Below are positions 43,828-48,598 of a stretch of 48,598 nucleotides of DNA, one piece after another. The first letter of the stretch is position 1; every line of letters starts with the position of its first letter. The position numbers and the translations under genes were made by a program. Source of the stretch: a bacterium. Its GTDB lineage: Bacteria > Patescibacteriota > Minisyncoccia > UBA6257 > GWB1-50-10. Below the pieces are notes generated by a model. The model did not search any database. It saw nothing but the letters and a program-made list of their open reading frames with translations, and was not told where the DNA came from. The stretch lies in contig JAKAIX010000001.1 of the NCBI GenBank assembly GCA_021814165.1, positions 1 to 48,598 of the forward strand, given 5' to 3'.

Positions 43828-45195
43828 ATGGTGAATGTGATGCAACTTGTAGGCAGTCCGTCTTACAATCAAAACTTCAAACCATTTATTAAGAGCTTGT
43901 TTTTCAGCAGATTGCCATTTTTCAAAAAGAATGAACTCTTGATGCGAGGTATTCAGATTGGAATGCTTCATAGACTTGCAGATATGCAGGACGGATTGCG
44001 CGATTTCAATCAGCAATTATCAAAAGCTACTAATGACGCGGAGAAGGCTCCTCTTGAGAAATCTATACTCGCTCAAAGACAATGGATACGAGTTTTACAG
44101 ACTATTGCTGACGGTATTGCATGGCGAAATTTTGAGTTTGATCGGCCAATCTTGCGTCATTTATCAGATGGGCCTGGCCCCGGTCATATCACGCAACAGG
44201 ATTATGACTATCGCGCTGCGCTTGAGAAATTTTTAAGAAGCTTGCCAGGATTTCCAATAGTCAATGATTTAACCCGTACACTTAGGGTCGGTGATTTTAC
44301 AGTCTTATATCGAGACGGTAAGAAAATTATTTTTGAAATAAAGAAACGCGGCGAAATAATTTATGATATTGCCCAGATTTTTTACGAAATTGATCGTAGT
44401 AAAGAAATCCCGAAACCACAAAAATGGAGTCATCTAAATGCTCAGATGTCTATAATTGAAAGAAAGGTGCGATTAACCAAGAAAGAGGGAAACTCGATAA
44501 AAAATTTTTTTGAGGTAAAGATTATTGACTTAGACTTTCCGATAAAACATCATTTCCGAACCCTGCGAAGGCTTATAAGAAAAGCTGACCGAAATGGCAT
44601 AGCATATGAGACAGTAGAGGATGGGTATTATATCTGTGTTGTAGTTGTCGATAAAATAACAGGAAAATCTGGAAAAGTAGTCGAAAATTTTAAAACTAGT
44701 TACCCACAATGGGCCAAAAACAATGATGCCGTGATACCTTTTGATAGCTTCAACAGTTTCTATGAGGAAAACGGGCAATTTACTCGTAATATTCTGCCTT
44801 ACTCTGTTATGCCTTTGTCGGCAAAAAATTGTGTACGACTCATGATGGGGCACCTACGGGTCACAATTCTGGTAGATACCTCAATTCTAGAGAAGAAGCT
44901 GACGAACGCCGGATGGACAGTTAAAAAGTGTGATATTCAGAATCGGAGAATTAAGGATGGAAACTTAAAAGAGTTGATCGAGAGTGAAAAATTTTTTGAG
45001 ATAGAAAAAGACGATGAACGCGGAACGTTCAAAAGCAGTGTATCTATTACGGACATAATAATTGCAATTTCATCGTTTTACAGTCTCGATTTTGTTATTG
45101 ATTCCGTTGAGAGTTCATATCAAGTTGCAAAAATTACAGGCGAGACTGGATTCATAACCAAGAATTATCTTGGGGAAAGAAAGATTTTAATTTGA
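43828..45195 (+). CDS. Hypothetical protein, possible PD-(D/E)xK nuclease-like core
   Basis: Long AT-rich ORF (start uncertain, 43711-43828) containing 'LRVGDFTVL...IIFEIKK'. Confidence 0.65.
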   Translation: MVNVMQLVGSPSYNQNFKPFIKSLFFSRLPFFKKNELLMRGIQIGMLHRLADMQDGLRDFNQQLSKATNDAEKAPLEKSILAQRQWIRVLQTIADGIAWRNFEFDRPILRHLSDGPGPGHITQQDYDYRAALEKFLRSLPGFPIVNDLTRTLRVGDFTVLYRDGKKIIFEIKKRGEIIYDIAQIFYEIDRSKEIPKPQKWSHLNAQMSIIERKVRLTKKEGNSIKNFFEVKIIDLDFPIKHHFRTLRRLIRKADRNGIAYETVEDGYYICVVVVDKITGKSGKVVENFKTSYPQWAKNNDAVIPFDSFNSFYEENGQFTRNILPYSVMPLSAKNCVRLMMGHLRVTILVDTSILEKKLTNAGWTVKKCDIQNRRIKDGNLKELIESEKFFEIEKDDERGTFKSSVSITDIIIAISSFYSLDFVIDSVESSYQVAKITGETGFITKNYLGERKILI

Positions 45196-45340
45196 TTGTC
45201 CTATACTGAATATTCAACGACGTTCTTGTCTTTAGCGGATTTGGGATTAGGCACTCCAAACCACTCCGGATGCTCTTTGTGTATAGCTCACAATTTCTGT
45301 ATACTTTTATCAATAATTGCGAAGTTTATCTATCTTTTCT

Positions 45341-46402
45341 ATGCGTGAAAGTGCATCAATAGAATTTCCTTGTCCCACTTGCGGCCAGCCGAACAGTGTG
45401 GGGCATGCACCGGATTGTTCCACCGCTTTCCCCAAGACAGCGGATACTTTCTCCCAAGATAATGTTGCGGAACAAGAAGTCGAGACCGATCCTCAACTGC
45501 AACAATTGAATGATCTTTTGGATTCGCCTGATTTTGAAACCCAGTTTTTATTTACTCAAACCAAGGGCGAGGCGGATCAAAAAGATGCGGCTGTTACCGA
45601 ATTTAGAAAAGCGGTCGACTTTCAACTCAAGCCGCTTGTTGAGATGGAGGCAGCGAAATCTCTAAATATTCCAAGCATTGAGGAAGCAAGAAAGCAGGGT
45701 AAAAAATGGGGAGAAGCGTTAAGAGCCGTTCAAGAAGTTACGTTGCCTCAGGCGCAAACGTCTGTTTCGGTAGGAGAGGCAAGACAAGCGTTTGAGGGGA
45801 TATTAAAAAAGGATTTTTCCGGGAAAATAGAAAAAGCGGAGGAAGATTTAAAACAAGCCGTTGAAGCAAAAAAACAAATTCTTGGCCGGCTTCGAGAAGA
45901 AGTTAAAGAGCCAAACCGAGAGTTCGCGGAAGCTCTCCGTACCTGGGGTCTCTCACCAAACGTTAAAGGCGAATTTGGTCCGGATGGCAAGGGGTTTAAT
46001 GCGGGGATAATTCATTATTTTGAATATAGGGCGAGCGTCGAAAAGAATAGCCGCTTTAGGCCTGAAGACGAATTGAGTGCCGAGGGTTTCATAAACTATA
46101 CGAAGAACATCAAGAATTTTTTGGATAATCCCGATCCCGCCTCGAATCCCGGCGTACAAACAGCGAGATTGCTCGAGGATCAAAACGGACAACGAAGATT
46201 ATTCGTACTTACAAAATATCATGAGTTGGTTGTAGCGTTTCAGAGACCTCATGAGCCGATGAGAATCATCTCTATTTTCCCCGGTCAGGGATTGGATAGA
46301 TTGAGCAAGGCGGTTGAGGATGAACAAAATCAAAATACGAAAACCAAAACCCGACTTAATAAATTAAGCGGCGAAGTGAAAGAACTGCCGATAGGCGGTT
46401 GA
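45341..46402 (+). CDS. Hypothetical protein with an N-terminal CxxC..H..C motif
   Basis: 'FPCPTCGQPNSVGHAPDC' followed by a helical/coiled-coil region. Confidence 0.7.
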   Translation: MRESASIEFPCPTCGQPNSVGHAPDCSTAFPKTADTFSQDNVAEQEVETDPQLQQLNDLLDSPDFETQFLFTQTKGEADQKDAAVTEFRKAVDFQLKPLVEMEAAKSLNIPSIEEARKQGKKWGEALRAVQEVTLPQAQTSVSVGEARQAFEGILKKDFSGKIEKAEEDLKQAVEAKKQILGRLREEVKEPNREFAEALRTWGLSPNVKGEFGPDGKGFNAGIIHYFEYRASVEKNSRFRPEDELSAEGFINYTKNIKNFLDNPDPASNPGVQTARLLEDQNGQRRLFVLTKYHELVVAFQRPHEPMRIISIFPGQGLDRLSKAVEDEQNQNTKTKTRLNKLSGEVKELPIGG

Positions 46403-46411
46403 AGAAAATTG

Positions 46412-46996
46412 TTACCCCCTCACCGAAGTGAAAATGTAAGTGAGAATTGCGATGAACGCGAGGACATATGCGAGTGCCCTTTTGGTGGTAGAAAGGGGTG
46501 CTCCTTTTTCTTTTCTGAATAAGAAGAAGCACAGTGCAAGAAGCGCATAATCGAGGAGGAGAAACCACGGCGTTCTCCAGCTGATTCCTCCGAAGTGAAT
46601 ATCCGAAAGCGGCCAGAGGAAACGAGTGGGATAAAACTCCTCAGGATGCGTGCCGATATCGAGGATGATGTGGAGCGCCCAACCGCCCATAACCCACGCG
46701 GGCGCGTGCCTCACAAGCCAGATAATCAAAAAAACGGCGAGGAAGATGATAATACTGTGGCTTGCGGGATAGAGAAGCCCGGTAAACTGGCCGATGCCGC
46801 TTGAATGCTGGAAACTCCGAAAACTCGCCCCGCTTATCGTTTGAAAGATAACGACCAAGGCGAGAGGAGCGAACGAGATAAGATCGGGGAAAGCGCCCCA
46901 GAATCCCGCCCACCACGGATCTATCTTTGTCGCATGTCTTTTGTTTGCCGTTTTTGCGGCGATCGAACTCCATAACGCATGCGAGAGAATGTCCAT
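46412..46996 (-). CDS. Membrane-bound metal-dependent hydrolase-like protein (YdjM-like)
   Basis: 'MDILSHALW', 'AFPDL', 'HS', 'LHIILDI', 'FLWP'; several TM helices. Start reassigned to ATG 46996. Confidence 0.75.
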   Translation of the reverse strand: MDILSHALWSSIAAKTANKRHATKIDPWWAGFWGAFPDLISFAPLALVVIFQTISGASFRSFQHSSGIGQFTGLLYPASHSIIIFLAVFLIIWLVRHAPAWVMGGWALHIILDIGTHPEEFYPTRFLWPLSDIHFGGISWRTPWFLLLDYALLALCFFLFRKEKGAPLSTTKRALAYVLAFIAILTYIFTSVRG

Positions 46997-47041
46997 TGAG
47001 TTTATTATACAAAATACGAAGCGTGGACTATAGTAAACATG

Positions 47042-47602
47042 ATGCGCGAAGTTGAACTCAAAATCTTGAACGTGAACGTGCCGGCAATGCGCCGGAAGCT
47101 CAAAAAGCTCGGACTGAAACGGGTGATGAAACCGACGCTGCTTCGCGAAATCCATTTCACGTCGAAAACCTTCAACGGAAGGGGAAGCAGTGCTTCCCTG
47201 TTTCGGTTGAGGAAAGAGGGAGATGAATCATTCCTTACGGTAAAAACGAAAAGAAGGAAGGATAGGCGGTTCGACGTGCGGCAGGAAACGGAGATATCGG
47301 TTTCCGATTTCGAGAAAACGGAAAAAATATTGAAATCGGTTGGGTTTGAGGTGCTCCGCGAGCGCGAAAAATTCCGCGAAGAATACAGAGCAAAGGGCAT
47401 AAAAGTCGAGATAGACAACTATCCGAAAATTAAGCCGTATGCGGAGATTGAAGGAAGCGATAAGAAAGCGGTTTTAAAACTCCTTTTAATGCTCGGCTAC
47501 TCCCTCAGGGACACTACAAACAAGACCGCAACGGGGATTTTGAAAGAAGCGGGGATCGGGGACGGGAAGCTGACTTTTGGAAAGAGGAAAGAGGGGATAT
47601 AA
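47042..47602 (+). CDS. CYTH-domain protein (class IV adenylate cyclase-like)
   Basis: N-terminal ExExK 'EVELK', 'RLRK', 'LTVK', 'EK.REEY', 'EIDNYP', 'EIEG'. Confidence 0.88.
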   Translation: MREVELKILNVNVPAMRRKLKKLGLKRVMKPTLLREIHFTSKTFNGRGSSASLFRLRKEGDESFLTVKTKRRKDRRFDVRQETEISVSDFEKTEKILKSVGFEVLREREKFREEYRAKGIKVEIDNYPKIKPYAEIEGSDKKAVLKLLLMLGYSLRDTTNKTATGILKEAGIGDGKLTFGKRKEGI

Positions 47603-47609
47603 TGCGAAT

Positions 47610-48074
47610 ATGGGAATAGAGGATATGGAGAATATGAGGAATATGGGCCCGGGCGATAAAACGAGGTATGAATTCAATATGGGTGGGACGCAAGCCGAGG
47701 ATCCGGCGGAGATAAAGACATTCGAGGAGAAACGCGCGGAATTGGAACGGGAAATTAACGAAAAGAAAGAGGCAATTCGAGAAATGCAGAAAGAGTTCGA
47801 AGAGTATTTAAGCAAGATAAATGAAACGGGGGGAATTCCGGTGGACATCGGTGATATCGGAAATATGGATGCCCGGGTGTTGCAGAAAAAGATAGCGGAA
47901 CTGCAGCAGAGCCTCTCTTCTTCGGATAAGTTTAAAAAGCAGTTTACGAATCAGTTGCACGCTCTCGAACAAGAGCTCTCGGAACTCGACGCGGCAAAAG
48001 AAAAGTTGCTGCATCTCGGCCCTGAGAGAGATGAGATTCTTCCCCCTCCCCTCGGCCCCGAAAGAAATAACTAA
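47610..48074 (+). CDS. Hypothetical coiled-coil protein
   Basis: Glu/Lys-rich heptad pattern; a TATAAT sits 6 nt before ATG 47610. Confidence 0.65.
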   Translation: MGIEDMENMRNMGPGDKTRYEFNMGGTQAEDPAEIKTFEEKRAELEREINEKKEAIREMQKEFEEYLSKINETGGIPVDIGDIGNMDARVLQKKIAELQQSLSSSDKFKKQFTNQLHALEQELSELDAAKEKLLHLGPERDEILPPPLGPERNN

Positions 48075-48079
48075 TTTGT

Positions 48080-48598
48080 ATGGAAAAACTCCCTCGGGTG
48101 TTTGCGGTTTATAAACCGAAGGGACCGACATCCGCGCATTTTTTAAACGAACTCAAGAGAAAACTGCATATTGTGAAAATGGGGCACGCCGGAACGCTCG
48201 ATCCTTTGGCATCCGGCGTTTTGGTTGTGGGTATCGGTGAAGGGACAAAAGAACTGCATACGATCGTGCAGGGTGAAAAGGAATATGAAGCGATGATCCG
48301 TCTTGGAATAACGAGTACCACCGATGACGAAGAAGGACAAAAGAAAGAAATTGAGGTAGGGCGGATTCCCTCGGAAGAAGAAATAAGGAAAACGTTAAAA
48401 GAATTTATCGGGGAGATTAAACAAATCCCTCCGATATTCAGTGCGATAAAAATCAAGGGAAAAGAAGCATACAAGCTCGCGCGAAAAGGAAGCATTCCGG
48501 AAATGAAAGCGAGAGAAGCGAAGATATTTACAATCGATCTCGTGAAGTACTCATGGCCGATGTTACACATTAGGGTGACAACCGGGTCGGGAGTATAT
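48080..48598 (+). CDS. truB: tRNA pseudouridine(55) synthase TruB (3'-truncated by the window edge; absent from the ORF track)
   Basis: Translation from ATG 48080 gives 'YKPKGPTS', 'MGHAGTLDPLASGVLVVGIG', 'KEYEA.IRLG..STTDD', 'QIPPIFSAIKIKGKEAYKLARKG'. Confidence 0.95.
   Translation, partial: MEKLPRVFAVYKPKGPTSAHFLNELKRKLHIVKMGHAGTLDPLASGVLVVGIGEGTKELHTIVQGEKEYEAMIRLGITSTTDDEEGQKKEIEVGRIPSEEEIRKTLKEFIGEIKQIPPIFSAIKIKGKEAYKLARKGSIPEMKAREAKIFTIDLVKYSWPMLHIRVTTGSGVY

Noticed and set aside
45201-45300. Short minus-strand reading frame (...QKL*AIHKEHPEWFGVPNPKSAKDKNVVEYSV*) as a gene remnant at the island edge
   Set aside because: It has no start, is interrupted by a stop and has no recognisable homology.
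41545-45340. attL/attR duplication of the tRNA-Ser 3' end and an integrase for the island
   Set aside because: No second copy of the tRNA 3' end and no integrase were found by eye, so the island is not called an intact mobile element.
48109-48570. ORF-track minus-strand 153-aa ORF
   Set aside because: It is the antisense shadow of truB, which the track missed because truB runs off the window end.
1-48598. TGA-to-Gly recoding (genetic code 25, as in Gracilibacteria/Absconditabacteria)
   Set aside because: Conserved genes (pbp2, dnaK, mgtA, ftsQ-like) end at TGA at the expected positions and long genes read through without internal TGA, so the standard code 11 fits.
1-48598. CRISPR array, rRNA, or DGR template/variable repeats
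   Set aside because: No regularly spaced repeat-spacer units, rRNA-like sequence, reverse transcriptase or adenine-specific near-duplicate pair were seen.

Overview
This 48.6 kb bacterial window reads as a reduced-genome Patescibacteria (CPR, Parcubacteria-like) chromosome. That assignment is an inference from the short HrcA, compact RSH, double-length ThyX, orphan pilin and CPR-style intergenic palindromes. Most of it is housekeeping: proS(3')-mreBCD-pbp2-greA-lysS-serS, an ftsQ-like gene, a GT39 glycosyltransferase with a divergent pilin-like gene, hrcA-grpE-dnaK-(membrane gene)-dnaJ, xseAB, mgtA, nfo, parA/parB, an RSH, groES/EL, a thyX-like gene, lemA-htpX and truB(5'). It also holds an FMN-binding/ApbE/RnfD-FNR flavinylation module, tRNA-Leu(CAA) and tRNA-Ser(GGA). 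Two stretches are visibly AT-richer and look accessory: a second ParB-like gene plus a FliA/WhiG-like sigma factor, and a tRNA-Ser-adjacent MTase / DUF262-HNH / putative PD-(D/E)xK cassette. The most unusual signals lie outside the ORF track: (i) a canonical tRNA scaffold whose anticodon loop is interrupted by a folded 99-nt insert, (ii) a dispersed 23-bp palindrome coupled to a DnaA-box-like 9-mer at three loci, (iii) MITE-like elements with CCGCACC termini, (iv) about ten genes with a -10 box 6-7 nt before the ATG (leaderless architecture), and (v) a symmetrically altered CIRCE at groES. All protein assignments rest on motif recognition by eye; no database searches were run.
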